Below are positions 7,411 to 17,240 of a stretch of DNA of 64,000 nt, piece by piece. The stretch lies in IMG/VR virus record IMGVR_UViG_3300046777_001673, positions 7,570-71,569 of that record. One strand, given 5' to 3'. Under the pieces are notes generated by a model. That model was not told the DNA's origin. It saw only the letters and a list, made by a program, of their open reading frames with translations, and ran no database searches. The position numbers and the translations under genes were made by a program. Position 1 is the first letter of the stretch. Every line of letters begins with the position of its first letter. Source of the DNA: a virus.

Positions 7411-10400
7411 TTATTTAGTACCCTTTAATTCGTCAAGTTCTGCACGAAGTTCGGAGATTTCGCCTTTGAGTTCTTTAATGGATTCGATGAGGACTGCAAC
7501 GATGTTTCCATAAGCAACCGACTTCATTCCATCCTCATTAGTGTGTACAACATCTGGAAGAATTTTTTCTACTTCTTGTGCAATCACACCAATTTGATGT
7601 TTCTCAATGTCAGTACGATCATATTCAACACCACGAAGTTGAGTAACTTTATCTAGAGCATTTTCAATAGTTTTGATGTTAGTTTTGAGTCTTTCATCAG
7701 AACTTGCGGTAATTTCACCAGAAGCACCAACATTTCCAGTGTTGTCTATGGTGAAAATTGCTGTGTCTGAACTTCCTCTAAATTCATAACCATTAGCTGG
7801 AGATCCAAAAATAGTTTTACCAGCGTTGGTAAAGTACAATCTATTTGCAGGTTCATCACTTTGTTGCCATACATTGGTGGCACCTCTAAGGAATCCCGTA
7901 CTATTTCTTCCATCTAATAAATCTGCGTTTAAGTTAGTACAGAGTGTTGTAGATACAACAGTAATTGGAGCTGTTCCAGTAGGAATTGCAGATCTGAATA
8001 GAGCAGCAGTAACAACACCGACAGGATTTCCAGTTGCACCATCACCACAATGAATGAGAGTAAGTTTATCGGATTGACCAAAGTTTGTGATAATACCAGC
8101 ATTAGCAAAAATACCTTGGCCAGAAGAACTTCCACTTAACCACAAACTTGCACCAACTTGTGCATTTAGATATTTGAGAGTTCCACCAGTAGCACCAGAA
8201 GCATTTCCACTTAAAGTTGTAATAATACCACTGTTGATATAACCAGTTGGAGCACTCATGTAATTGGTAATTACTGAGTTGGTTGTAAATCCAGTGTTTA
8301 CATAAGCTGTCGGGGCACCAAACCAACCATCAACTGTAGCACCCTGATAACCATTAGAGGGAACAATAAGAGTGGTTACAATTCCAGTGTTTACATATGC
8401 ACTTGTAATACCAGCGTTTGTACTTCTAAAGTTAGTAATAATACCAGTGTTAATTGTAGCAAGAGGAGTTGCAAGGGCAGTATTAGCTCTGACTCCTGTG
8501 ATAAATGCATCAGTTCCATTAATTGTAGTAATTGTGCAAGCAGTACCAGTTAATGATGTAATGATACCAACATTAAGCATGATTTGGCCCACTGTTTCAC
8601 CGATACCGGCATTTCCAAGGCCGCCGATGTACCTGGTACGAATTGCGGTAATAATACCTGAAGTGATATAAGCCTCTGTTGATACTGAAAGTCTTCCAGC
8701 ATTCAAATTGTTTATGATGGAATTATTTGATGTAAGTTGATTGTTGGTTAAAGTACCATTGACTAAAGTTCCAGCAATACTTGAAACACCAACAAAAGTA
8801 GAGTTAAATGATTCTGCAAAGGTTACTTTTGCAGTTGTAAATGTTGCAGCAGTTCCAGTAACTTCTAAGTTTTGGAATTGTGCAATCGTATTAGCATTTA
8901 CAGTTTGAATTGTATAGTTTGTTCCAACTCCAGCAAAGACAATGGTTTTGTTTAGATCAATAACATCAAATGCAGCATTACCAATCGCCTGAGCACCAGC
9001 GAAAGTAACAGCACCACCAACATAAAGGTTCTTAACTTTTACTGTTCCATTAACTTCAACTGCATCACTGAAGTTGTAAATACCAGAACTAGATCCTACA
9101 GCAATTTGATCTAATTTTAAGTAATCTCTATCTTTGTCTTGAGAAATCATTCCCCAACGACGCCAATCTCCATCAGCATAAACATGTCCAATATATCCAC
9201 CTGGATCTGGAGTTGCCAGGAATGTGATATCACCAACTCTCTTAGCCTCGGTAGGTGTTGCAATACCAACTGTAAGAAGTTTTGGTTGAGATGCAACACC
9301 CTTAATGTAAAGATCTCTAGTTTCTAATCCAGCATCAGCAGTGCTAGTTAGTTTTTGTGTGAAGTTTACTGGACCATAGAATTGTGATGTTTGGTTATTG
9401 TTTTCACCACCTTCAACGGTAAGTCTTTCTTTTACAACTAGGTCATCAAATACACCACTGTTTCTTCTTTCAACCGTGTCTCCTTCGTCTCCGAAGAATG
9501 TAACAACAGGAGCATCAATAGTTTCTTCTTCACCGGTAGAACCATTAATTTTGGTTGCGCCAGAGTAAAATTCACCTCTGTCGTTCATACCAGTATAAAC
9601 AACAGTACCACCATCTTGTTCTCTTGCTTGAGAAACTAAAACTTCTTCATTACTCAAGATACGATCTTGTTTTACAGGTAGACCAGTTGAATAGTTACCA
9701 GGACCGTAACCAAGATATTCAAATGTATGACCAGATGCACGAAGAATAGAAGGTCTACGAATCTCCATTGGGAGAATACGAATTTTTCTGACTACCGAAC
9801 CAGAATCACTTGCAGAAGCAGTAGTTGAGAACTGACCTCTTAGGACATTGAATACATTTGATGCAGCATCACTTACAAGACGAAGTATTTCTGAATTTAT
9901 AACGATATAATCTCCTTTCTTAAATCCAAACGCACTTGTCAACACAATAGATGTATCGGTTGATGTAATTGGATTTGCTAGAGTAGTGGTAACTCCGACA
10001 TATATGAAGTTTCCTCTACCACCAAGATTTTCTTCACCTAAACCTAAAGCTCTTCCATTTGCAGAAATTGCAGATTTCTGGATAGTTACTCCAGTCAAAT
10101 TCCAGGTTTGTGTGATAGTTGTAATACCAGTAAAGAATGAGAAAGATGTAATTCCTAGAGTTTCATTTACGATAAATTTCTTAGAGAAGAATGTGTTACC
10201 AATTCCTACAAGTTTGAATGAATTTCCTGAAAGTAATCCATGACCTTCGGTGGAAATTACAGTTGCAATACCAGCAGCCTTGTTATGAGTAATTGTGGTT
10301 ACCCCAACACCTTTTGCGGCCAAATATGCAATCGGCAATCTATCATCGTTTCTAGTTCTAAAGAGGGTTGATGGTACACCTTCTTCAATCAACACAGAAA

Positions 10401-13400
10401 CACTTCTAGATGAAGGAACATCTACAATTTTAAATGTTCCATTCATGGATGGTTCCATGAAACCATTCAAATCTAGAGAATCCCCAATGTTGTTATTGAT
10501 TGATGAAACTTGAACGAAAGCATAACTTAGTGGAGCTCCAGCAGGATCTGGAGAGACTGACATTGTATTTCCAATCGCATATGCACTACCTCCATCAACA
10601 ATTTCTACAGATGAAATTGTACTTGCTGCAGAAATAACTACTTTTGCTGAAGCATTTTTTCCAGGCAAAGAAGCATTCAACAATTCGGAAGAGTAAATGG
10701 TACTTGTAACTCCAGCATTATTGTTGTATCCTGCACCAGAATTAAGTAGTGTTACTGATTTTACTGAATTTAAATTATGATCTATGTCAGTAAATATGGT
10801 AACCGTTGTATTTCCAGCTCCACTGACGATTGCTCCAGTGATCGCATATCCCACTCTATTATTTTCAAAGAAGTAGTTTAAAGCTTCTTTGGTTATAGAG
10901 TTTTTCTTATCACTTGTTCTAACAACACCGAGAGGAGATAATTCTGCATAACTTACTGCAGGCAATGGATCTGAGTTGTAATTATCCCTATCAACTTGTG
11001 GGTATAGATTCTTAACATCCTGGTTAAAGTTTCTTTCACTTAATCCAAATCCAATAGAACTGTCTGGACTAATACTACCCGATAAAACCGTAAGGTTGTA
11101 GATACCATCTTGACCACCAGCACCAGGAATCAAAGGTTTAATTTCAGTGCTTCTATAGATGAATATACTATCTCTAGATTTTTCTTTTTGAATCGTTGGT
11201 AGAGCTTCAACTTGTTGTTGAGTTGATCTCTGGTTTACTTGATTTAAAAATGTTCCAGGATCTGAACTGAATCCAGTAACAGAAAATTCTCTAGGGGTGG
11301 CTACTGTTTGAACTACAAAAGATCCGTTATAAGATTCTATGGCATCATTTGAACTCACTACATTAGAGATTTTTACAATATCTCCTACTTGTAGATGGTG
11401 AGGTAGTTCGGTTTTTATGTTAGCATTTCCACCAGCATAAGAAGCTCTTGTAATAATTTTTGGATTTCTTAACTGAATTGTATCAGATAGTTGAGATAAT
11501 AAGTAAGATGCACTAGTGATTCCTGTTGTTTTTGATTCTTGAAGTACAAATCCATCAGTAGGTGGTCTAGCATTTACAAATTCTTTTGGAATAACATAAC
11601 GCAATTTATAAACTCTATCATCCAAACCTCTGTTATCAACTCTTCTGGTTATAAATGTAGATCCAGTTTGATTTCCTAGTAGAGTTGTTCCAATACCTAC
11701 GATACCATCGTAAATCGTATTGGAAATTGCGAGAGGTGTGGTTTGAACATACCAATGTTTTTGAGTATCATCGTACTGTATTGGGTGGCCAACTTCACCT
11801 GGCGATTTATCAGAAACATAACTGATAACTTCAAGTCTTCCTCCTCCATTTGAAATTCCAGTAATAGTATTACCAGAGCTAGAATCATTCAGAGTTGAGG
11901 CTAGTCTAATTTGGTTTGCACTTAATCCAGATGTATACGCATAATAAACTTTATCCGCAGATAGATTTTCTGGAAGATCACCGTTATCACTTATGACTCG
12001 TACTTTTTCACCATTGAATAGAGTGTGATTTGATGTTAAAGTTAAAATATTGGAAGTAATACTGTTAATTCCAGATTGTCTACCAACAACGAATGTCTTT
12101 TTAGATGAAGTTCCAATTCCACTTGGAACTTGCATCAAAATTGGAGCTCTAAAGTTACTCTGTTGAGCACCAAGAATTATATTTAAGTATAGTTCTTCTC
12201 CTTCTTTCGCTCCAACTCTATATGAGTCAATTTGGGACGGAGGTGGAACAGTCTTGCTTTCATATCCAGCAAGATATAGACGAGATGTAGTCGCTGCAGA
12301 AATAATTTTGGATACATCTAATGGTAACCAAGTTACATTAGTTTCTCTGTAAATTAATTCTCTAGGTGGAATGACATGAGTGATGTAACCAACATCGTCT
12401 CTATCAAATGACTCTGGTCTAAATCCAACAGATTCTAGAGATACTGCACCAAAGTTGGAGTTAGAGTTTGTAATTGATTGGTCACCACCACTTTCTGCAA
12501 CGAAATGTTTTGCATAACCAATAGCAAAGATCGAAACACACTGAATAATAGAATTATTACTACACTTCATGTGTACATTTTCCCAATCAGGCTTATAGAT
12601 TGCTCGGGAATTTGTATGTAAAGGTTTTTGAGATTCGGATACTGTTAAATTGTCATTATAAATTCCTGTTGTTGGATCATAAAGAATGAAAGCATTATCA
12701 TCTTTTTGTAGGGAAATACCAGTAAATTGGGCAGTCAACATGGACTTAAATCCAGTTGCTTTAGATCCATCGGCATGAAGTCCATTCATACCATATACAG
12801 ATCTCAAAGTACATGAGAAGATATATGGAGATGCTGAAGAAACACTATCTGATTCTACAATTGTTCTTGCATTTAGAATTTGTGCAGAAGATGGTAAAGC
12901 TATAACTGGAGTAGATGGAGCAACATACTGAAATTGAGTATCATTAAGTACATCACTGACTAAGAAAGATCCGTTATATTGATCAACACTTGTTGTAATG
13001 CCGCTAACAAGAACTGGAGTGTCTTTGTACAATCCATGTGGAGTTAATGTTGTTACGGTAATTGTCGTTGTTGGCACAAGACCATTACCAGCTCGGATGC
13101 TTGTGATACCAATAGCATCTGCACGAAGATCTCCAACAATTCTGAATTCATCTACAGAAGGTTCAAAATCTGAAACATTGTTTACTGGATAATTTGGAAT
13201 ACCTCTACCTGAAGTATCACCATAAGCATATGTTACCTTATAGTAATACATTTCAAGGTCGGTGAGACCTGCAGGTTCTATTCCAATGTAAGCTTCATTT
13301 ACACCATCAGCATATTCAAATGCAGTTAGTTTGTGGTGAGAAAAGTTTGGCGCAACTTTTGTTGCGGTTGAATCTTTATAGGCAGCTCTTTGGGGATCTG

Positions 13401-13977
13401 CATCAAAAATTGTAAATGCAGTAAAGTAACAAGTACCAGTTACTTTAAAAATAGACGAAGGTTCTACATTGTCATTCAATGGATCGGGTACATACAGTGG
13501 GCGAATCTTAGTCTTTCTAAGATCCAAACCAACAATAGAAGTACCTCTGGGTAGAATTACACCACCATAAATTGAGTTGTATTTGTGTAGATCATTATCT
13601 TCATCAAAAATATCAAAATTTGAGTTTTCTGTAAATTCTGTTAAAGTTGCTCCAACGGTTGTCCAAGTACCATTTGTAAATCTTTTGAATTCCGCTGTTC
13701 CGCCCTGGTTTGTAATTGAGTGTCCGGGTCTATTGTCAATGTAGTGAACACCAGGATATACTAAGATGGTTGTTGAGTCAATCTTATCGTTATTTCTTCC
13801 GACTACATATGAAAATCTTGCGGCTTCAATTACAGCTCTTTGAATAGTTTTGAAAGGTCTTGTGAGTGAGTTACCTCTATTCTCAATACTATCAGTAGCG
13901 TCAAAATCAGAAGGGTTTACATAAAGAATATTACCTTCGGCATTCTTAAGAAAATTCTCTAATCTACTTAAAGGCAT
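7411..13977 (-). CDS. Long tail fibre / structural protein with C-terminal S74 intramolecular chaperone
   Basis: Cyanophage-type N-terminus MPLSRLENFLKN; AYxNxGIIT repeats; SDERLKTNI...GVIAQEV...LIESIKEL chaperone signature. Confidence 0.85.
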   Translation of the reverse strand: MPLSRLENFLKNAEGNILYVNPSDFDATDSIENRGNSLTRPFKTIQRAVIEAARFSYVVGRNNDKIDSTTILVYPGVHYIDNRPGHSITNQGGTAEFKRFTNGTWTTVGATLTEFTENSNFDIFDEDNDLHKYNSIYGGVILPRGTSIVGLDLRKTKIRPLYVPDPLNDNVEPSSIFKVTGTCYFTAFTIFDADPQRAAYKDSTATKVAPNFSHHKLTAFEYADGVNEAYIGIEPAGLTDLEMYYYKVTYAYGDTSGRGIPNYPVNNVSDFEPSVDEFRIVGDLRADAIGITSIRAGNGLVPTTTITVTTLTPHGLYKDTPVLVSGITTSVDQYNGSFLVSDVLNDTQFQYVAPSTPVIALPSSAQILNARTIVESDSVSSASPYIFSCTLRSVYGMNGLHADGSKATGFKSMLTAQFTGISLQKDDNAFILYDPTTGIYNDNLTVSESQKPLHTNSRAIYKPDWENVHMKCSNNSIIQCVSIFAIGYAKHFVAESGGDQSITNSNSNFGAVSLESVGFRPESFDRDDVGYITHVIPPRELIYRETNVTWLPLDVSKIISAATTSRLYLAGYESKTVPPPSQIDSYRVGAKEGEELYLNIILGAQQSNFRAPILMQVPSGIGTSSKKTFVVGRQSGINSITSNILTLTSNHTLFNGEKVRVISDNGDLPENLSADKVYYAYTSGLSANQIRLASTLNDSSSGNTITGISNGGGRLEVISYVSDKSPGEVGHPIQYDDTQKHWYVQTTPLAISNTIYDGIVGIGTTLLGNQTGSTFITRRVDNRGLDDRVYKLRYVIPKEFVNARPPTDGFVLQESKTTGITSASYLLSQLSDTIQLRNPKIITRASYAGGNANIKTELPHHLQVGDIVKISNVVSSNDAIESYNGSFVVQTVATPREFSVTGFSSDPGTFLNQVNQRSTQQQVEALPTIQKEKSRDSIFIYRSTEIKPLIPGAGGQDGIYNLTVLSGSISPDSSIGFGLSERNFNQDVKNLYPQVDRDNYNSDPLPAVSYAELSPLGVVRTSDKKNSITKEALNYFFENNRVGYAITGAIVSGAGNTTVTIFTDIDHNLNSVKSVTLLNSGAGYNNNAGVTSTIYSSELLNASLPGKNASAKVVISAASTISSVEIVDGGSAYAIGNTMSVSPDPAGAPLSYAFVQVSSINNNIGDSLDLNGFMEPSMNGTFKIVDVPSSRSVSVLIEEGVPSTLFRTRNDDRLPIAYLAAKGVGVTTITHNKAAGIATVISTEGHGLLSGNSFKLVGIGNTFFSKKFIVNETLGITSFSFFTGITTITQTWNLTGVTIQKSAISANGRALGLGEENLGGRGNFIYVGVTTTLANPITSTDTSIVLTSAFGFKKGDYIVINSEILRLVSDAASNVFNVLRGQFSTTASASDSGSVVRKIRILPMEIRRPSILRASGHTFEYLGYGPGNYSTGLPVKQDRILSNEEVLVSQAREQDGGTVVYTGMNDRGEFYSGATKINGSTGEEETIDAPVVTFFGDEGDTVERRNSGVFDDLVVKERLTVEGGENNNQTSQFYGPVNFTQKLTSTADAGLETRDLYIKGVASQPKLLTVGIATPTEAKRVGDITFLATPDPGGYIGHVYADGDWRRWGMISQDKDRDYLKLDQIAVGSSSGIYNFSDAVEVNGTVKVKNLYVGGAVTFAGAQAIGNAAFDVIDLNKTIVFAGVGTNYTIQTVNANTIAQFQNLEVTGTAATFTTAKVTFAESFNSTFVGVSSIAGTLVNGTLTNNQLTSNNSIINNLNAGRLSVSTEAYITSGIITAIRTRYIGGLGNAGIGETVGQIMLNVGIITSLTGTACTITTINGTDAFITGVRANTALATPLATINTGIITNFRSTNAGITSAYVNTGIVTTLIVPSNGYQGATVDGWFGAPTAYVNTGFTTNSVITNYMSAPTGYINSGIITTLSGNASGATGGTLKYLNAQVGASLWLSGSSSGQGIFANAGIITNFGQSDKLTLIHCGDGATGNPVGVVTAALFRSAIPTGTAPITVVSTTLCTNLNADLLDGRNSTGFLRGATNVWQQSDEPANRLYFTNAGKTIFGSPANGYEFRGSSDTAIFTIDNTGNVGASGEITASSDERLKTNIKTIENALDKVTQLRGVEYDRTDIEKHQIGVIAQEVEKILPDVVHTNEDGMKSVAYGNIVAVLIESIKELKGEISELRAELDELKGTK

Positions 13978-14012
13978 TGTGTTATCCTACAGTGACAAAT
14001 CTATTCTTTTTA

Positions 14013-14020
14013 TATTTAGA
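14013..14020 (-). promoter_or_regulatory. T4-type late promoter (TCTAAATA) for the tail fibre
   Basis: About 35 nt upstream of the ATG at 13977. Confidence 0.6.
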
Positions 14021-14024
14021 CACT

Positions 14025-14051
14025 AAAAAACCTCCCAGATCGGGAGGTTTT
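14025..14051. terminator. Intrinsic terminator, possibly bidirectional
   Basis: AAAAAA-CCTCCC-AGATC-GGGAGG-TTTT. Confidence 0.85.
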
Positions 14052-14098
14052 AAAGTTCACACGGAAGGGATTTGTCGCTGGTGTCTTAGTACCACCAA
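14025..14098 (-). ncRNA. Candidate stand-alone small RNA of about 75 nt
   Basis: Own promoter TTGCCT(14127-14132)-17-TAATAT(14104-14109); 5' hairpin UGGUG/CACCA; single-stranded CCCUUCC; terminator; no plausible ORF. Confidence 0.5.
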
Positions 14099-14106
14099 AG
14101 ACTATA

Positions 14107-14718
14107 TTACCACTTAACTTCTTTCCAGGCAAGCTTGTCTTTCAATTCTTTTTGAAAAACCATAAGATACCGATGTTTACGAGAGCGATCCCTCCACTCA
14201 CCATCAGAACCTTTAGTACTACCCCTAGAATGTTTACTTCCATCAGCATAATAAAAGTCTTTTTTGGGGTCAGTTAGACCGTAGTATTGAAAATTGCAAG
14301 CTCTGTATATAGTTCCAGTGTGGTGATCAGAGTCAGCGTAACTAAGAATAGCAGAAACTGTGGCATCTTTCCTAAACCTCTTAATGCAACGACTAACAAA
14401 CCATGAAGTAATGTTATATTCTTCTTTCTGAACCTCTGGGTCTATGCATAAACGAGAAAGTTCAAATAAACCTTCTTGTTCATCTCTTTGGAGACCAAAT
14501 GCTCCTACAGCTATTTCTGGTACTGGGAGACCAGTAAAAACGCAAGCGCCAAGACACCCGCCAATTCTAAGGGGACATTCCCAGTCAGTATGCTTAAAAA
14601 GTCCATAGTTATATCCAGATTTAAAGTCTTTGGATTCGTCTTTTAAGTAATGATGAGTATAAAGAAGATCTTTAATTTCATCTTTACTAACTTTATCTAT
14701 GTAAAAATCACTTTTCAC
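14107..14718 (-). CDS. Mom-like GNAT-fold DNA modification protein
   Basis: HHYL, GACVF, FELSRL, SYAD...HTGTIYRACNF motifs of the Mu Mom family. Confidence 0.7.
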   Translation of the reverse strand: MKSDFYIDKVSKDEIKDLLYTHHYLKDESKDFKSGYNYGLFKHTDWECPLRIGGCLGACVFTGLPVPEIAVGAFGLQRDEQEGLFELSRLCIDPEVQKEEYNITSWFVSRCIKRFRKDATVSAILSYADSDHHTGTIYRACNFQYYGLTDPKKDFYYADGSKHSRGSTKGSDGEWRDRSRKHRYLMVFQKELKDKLAWKEVKW

Positions 14719-14727
14719 TGAGTATAA

Positions 14728-15282
14728 TTACTTATTAATGTTTTGATTTTCTAACAAATTGTTTTCTTCGCACCATTTAAACAATTCATCATAAGATAGT
14801 TTACCATCTTTAAATTTTACTGAGAACATAAATCTAGGTTTATCAAAATTTATTACACAGTGTTCTTTTGAAACATTATACAGATAAAAAGTTTTTTCTT
14901 CAAATATTAGTTCTTCAAATCCATATTGATATGTGTTATCTGTTTCTGGTTTATCTTTTTTAAAAATACTATGACTTATTCCAGATGATATTAACATATT
15001 AATTGCTACTTTCCTGGGTTCATCTATATGAAATTCACAACCAGTATTCTTTTCTAAGATAAAAATGCAAGCAAAACTTATTTCAAATTGGCCATGTATT
15101 TTTTTAATAATAGGTTCTTTTAAAAGATACTCTTTGTTTATTTTAATAGTTTTAAAATCAGCACGATTTATTAAAGTTTTTCTTTGCTCTTCGGTGAGAT
15201 TTTTTATTGCTGAATTACAGAAATCATATAAAAATATTGATTCATTTTTTAATTTTTTGTAAAATACATCACTGTTACTCAT
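14728..15282 (-). CDS. Putative 2OG-Fe(II)/cupin-fold oxygenase
   Basis: HxD (FHIDEPR), distal H (EHCV) and R (PRFMFS). Confidence 0.55.
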   Translation of the reverse strand: MSNSDVFYKKLKNESIFLYDFCNSAIKNLTEEQRKTLINRADFKTIKINKEYLLKEPIIKKIHGQFEISFACIFILEKNTGCEFHIDEPRKVAINMLISSGISHSIFKKDKPETDNTYQYGFEELIFEEKTFYLYNVSKEHCVINFDKPRFMFSVKFKDGKLSYDELFKWCEENNLLENQNINK

Positions 15283-15437
15283 TTTGAGTTTAAAATATAT
15301 TCTACTGTATTTGCAACATCATTCATAGCCCCACGCAAATCTTTTTGACTGCCAGCGTGTTGATCCATTGTTTGTGGATCTGTGAGAGTCCATCTCCATT
15401 GATCCATTTCTTGATTGTACCAGAGATTTATGATCAT
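15279..15437 (-). CDS. Small hypothetical protein (52 aa)
   Basis: Manual translation MIINLWYNQEMDQWRWTL...; ATGA overlaps on both sides. Confidence 0.6.
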   Translation of the reverse strand: MIINLWYNQEMDQWRWTLTDPQTMDQHAGSQKDLRGAMNDVANTVEYILNSK

Positions 15438-15988
15438 TTGAATTTTATATTACTGATGTTAAAGGCTATTGAAACTCTTTCTTCATTGGATTGATTTTCT
15501 TCAACACCGTGAATTAGCCAATAAGGAAAAAGTAAAAGTTCATTTTCAAGAGGAGTATAGGGAGCAACAGAATTTCCATCATTATAATACATTAATGGTT
15601 CTGAACGAAGTTGCATATAATTTCTAGGATCCTGAAAGACTATACTTCCAGAATTATTCGGAACTTTGATATACAAAATTCCAGAAAGAAATCCCCCTCT
15701 TGTTAAATGTTCATGTGGATCATTTGATGATCCTTTATAATTTATATTTACCCAAGCATCAAAATTATATTCTCCGATTCTTATATCTGGTCTTTGTGGA
15801 ATATATTGTCTTATTTTTTTCTCAAAATATTCGTCTTTAAAGTTTCCTCCTTGGTATCCACCATTATTGGAATACTCTCTGTTTGGAACCCTTTTTTCAT
15901 GATCCTTAACTTTTTTATACAGATACTCCAAATCAAAATCACACTGGTGTGAAAAAATTTGTGTTGGAAATAAATTAATAGTATCCAT
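15434..15988 (-). CDS. 2OG-Fe(II) oxygenase, TIGR02466-like
   Basis: LFPT, AWVN, PHEH, LSGILY, FQDPR, FPYWLIHGV, RVSIAFN. Confidence 0.8.
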   Translation of the reverse strand: MDTINLFPTQIFSHQCDFDLEYLYKKVKDHEKRVPNREYSNNGGYQGGNFKDEYFEKKIRQYIPQRPDIRIGEYNFDAWVNINYKGSSNDPHEHLTRGGFLSGILYIKVPNNSGSIVFQDPRNYMQLRSEPLMYYNDGNSVAPYTPLENELLLFPYWLIHGVEENQSNEERVSIAFNISNIKFK

Positions 15989-16003
15989 AATTTTATTTTA
16001 AAA

Positions 16004-16075
16004 AGCCCCCGACTGGATTTGAACCAGCGACCAACGGTTTACAAAACCGTTGCTCTACCACTGAGCTACAAGGGC
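16004..16075 (-). tRNA. tRNA-Thr(UGU)
   Basis: GCCCTTG-TAGCTCAGTGGTAGAGC-AACGG-TTTGTAA-CCGTT...GGTTCAAATCC-AGTCGGGGGC; CCA not encoded. Confidence 0.92.
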
Positions 16076-16087
16076 AAGAAAATCGGA

Positions 16088-16579
16088 TTATTTCCGATCA
16101 AATTCAAAAAATCCACCATTCACATTAGTGAATGACCCCCAAACATGTTCTCTAGTTGTCACATCATATCCACGATCAATTACTCGATAGTGGTTTTCAG
16201 AAAGAAAACTTTCCGTTAAAAGATATGTATCTCTACCATCTTTGTTTACATAACAAGTTTCGCAACAACTTTTTCCATGAAATGTGGTTCCATCCCACTC
16301 AAATATAGTATCACATCCATCTAAGTATGTCAACCCATCATCAGTTTCTTTATAATTTTTTGTAATAATTAAATCATTTTCCTGACAAACTTTTATGATT
16401 GTTGTTCTATAAGGTTCTGACTCATATGCATAACCTTGAGTGACTTTAAAAGTATCTTGTTCAATTGGTTTGTGATTTAATGCGATTAAAGCAAAATCTT
16501 GAGGATATGTGAATGCTTGTCTTTGATTGTCAAAGTAACCTACAAAATAGTTTTTAAATTTTTCAATCATAAACTTCAA
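16088..16579 (-). CDS. cpeT: CpeT/CpcT-type phycobilin lyase
   Basis: GYFDNQRQAF..P, EPYR, GCD..F, C.V, DRGYD..T..HVWGS...FFEF. Confidence 0.8.
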   Translation of the reverse strand: MKFMIEKFKNYFVGYFDNQRQAFTYPQDFALIALNHKPIEQDTFKVTQGYAYESEPYRTTIIKVCQENDLIITKNYKETDDGLTYLDGCDTIFEWDGTTFHGKSCCETCYVNKDGRDTYLLTESFLSENHYRVIDRGYDVTTREHVWGSFTNVNGGFFEFDRK

Positions 16580-16594
16580 TTATTACTTGAATCT

Positions 16595-16602
16595 TATTTA
16601 TA
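16595..16602 (-). promoter_or_regulatory. Late promoter TATAAATA overlapping the tRNA-Leu 3' end
   Basis: Exact gp55 consensus upstream of cpeT. Confidence 0.65.
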
Positions 16603-16685
16603 GGGCGAGAGAGACTTGAACTCTCACGGGTTATTCACCCAACGGATTTTAAGTCCGGTGTGTCTACCGATTCCACCACCGCCCC
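16601..16685 (-). tRNA. tRNA-Leu(UAA)
   Basis: GGGGCGG-TGGTGGAATCGGTAGACAC-ACCGGA-CTTAAAA-TCCG; long variable arm; GTTCAAGTC. Confidence 0.92.
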
Positions 16686-16691
16686 AAAAAA

Positions 16692-16913
16692 TTAACCTTC
16701 GTAGGTTTTAGGATTGTACTTCAGGTACTCAAAAAATGTCAACTTCATTTCTTTTTGAGTCATGCCACAGTGTTTTGCAGCCGCAGGTAAAGTCATCTTT
16801 GCATGAAATAGTCCTTCATTAGCTTCACGAACATTTTCTGGAGTTGTTTTTACTACAGTTTCGTAAAGAGTCTTGTAACTGATTTTGTAAGGATTCATAC
16901 TAGATTGGTACAA
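16692..16913 (-). CDS. Small HTH-like protein
   Basis: MTLPAAAKHCGMTQKEM helix-turn-helix pattern. Confidence 0.55.
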   Translation of the reverse strand: MYQSSMNPYKISYKTLYETVVKTTPENVREANEGLFHAKMTLPAAAKHCGMTQKEMKLTFFEYLKYNPKTYEG

Positions 16914-17049
16914 TCTCTAGGTTTTGGACATTGAGTTCGGTCTTAACATAAGACTCCCACCTCATTGCGTCTTCTATATTGTAGAATACCGCTTCGTGTT
17001 TGGCAAGACCCTTTTTCTTGGGTTTAAGGTACTGGACCTTATACTTCAT
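16900..17049 (-). CDS. Hypothetical protein
   Basis: Likely start MKYKVQYLKPKKKG. Confidence 0.55.
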   Translation of the reverse strand: MKYKVQYLKPKKKGLAKHEAVFYNIEDAMRWESYVKTELNVQNLEIVPI

Positions 17050-17215
17050 CTGCGACCACCTCACCACGCAGTTCTGCAAGTTTTGCAGTTGCAAGACATT
17101 CTACCATAGTCCAATAGAGTTCACCACTCATTGGAAAATATTCATCAACAAAGTGGGCTGCACAATCTTCTTGAAATTCACGAAGTTCCTGCAGGGTTTC
17201 ACGATCAACTTGCAT
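17039..17215 (-). CDS. Hypothetical protein
   Basis: Likely start MQVDRETL downstream of promoter cassette 4. Confidence 0.55.
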   Translation of the reverse strand: MQVDRETLQELREFQEDCAAHFVDEYFPMSGELYWTMVECLATAKLAELRGEVVADEV

Positions 17216-17240
17216 TAGGGTTGTTGGGAAGAACACTCTC

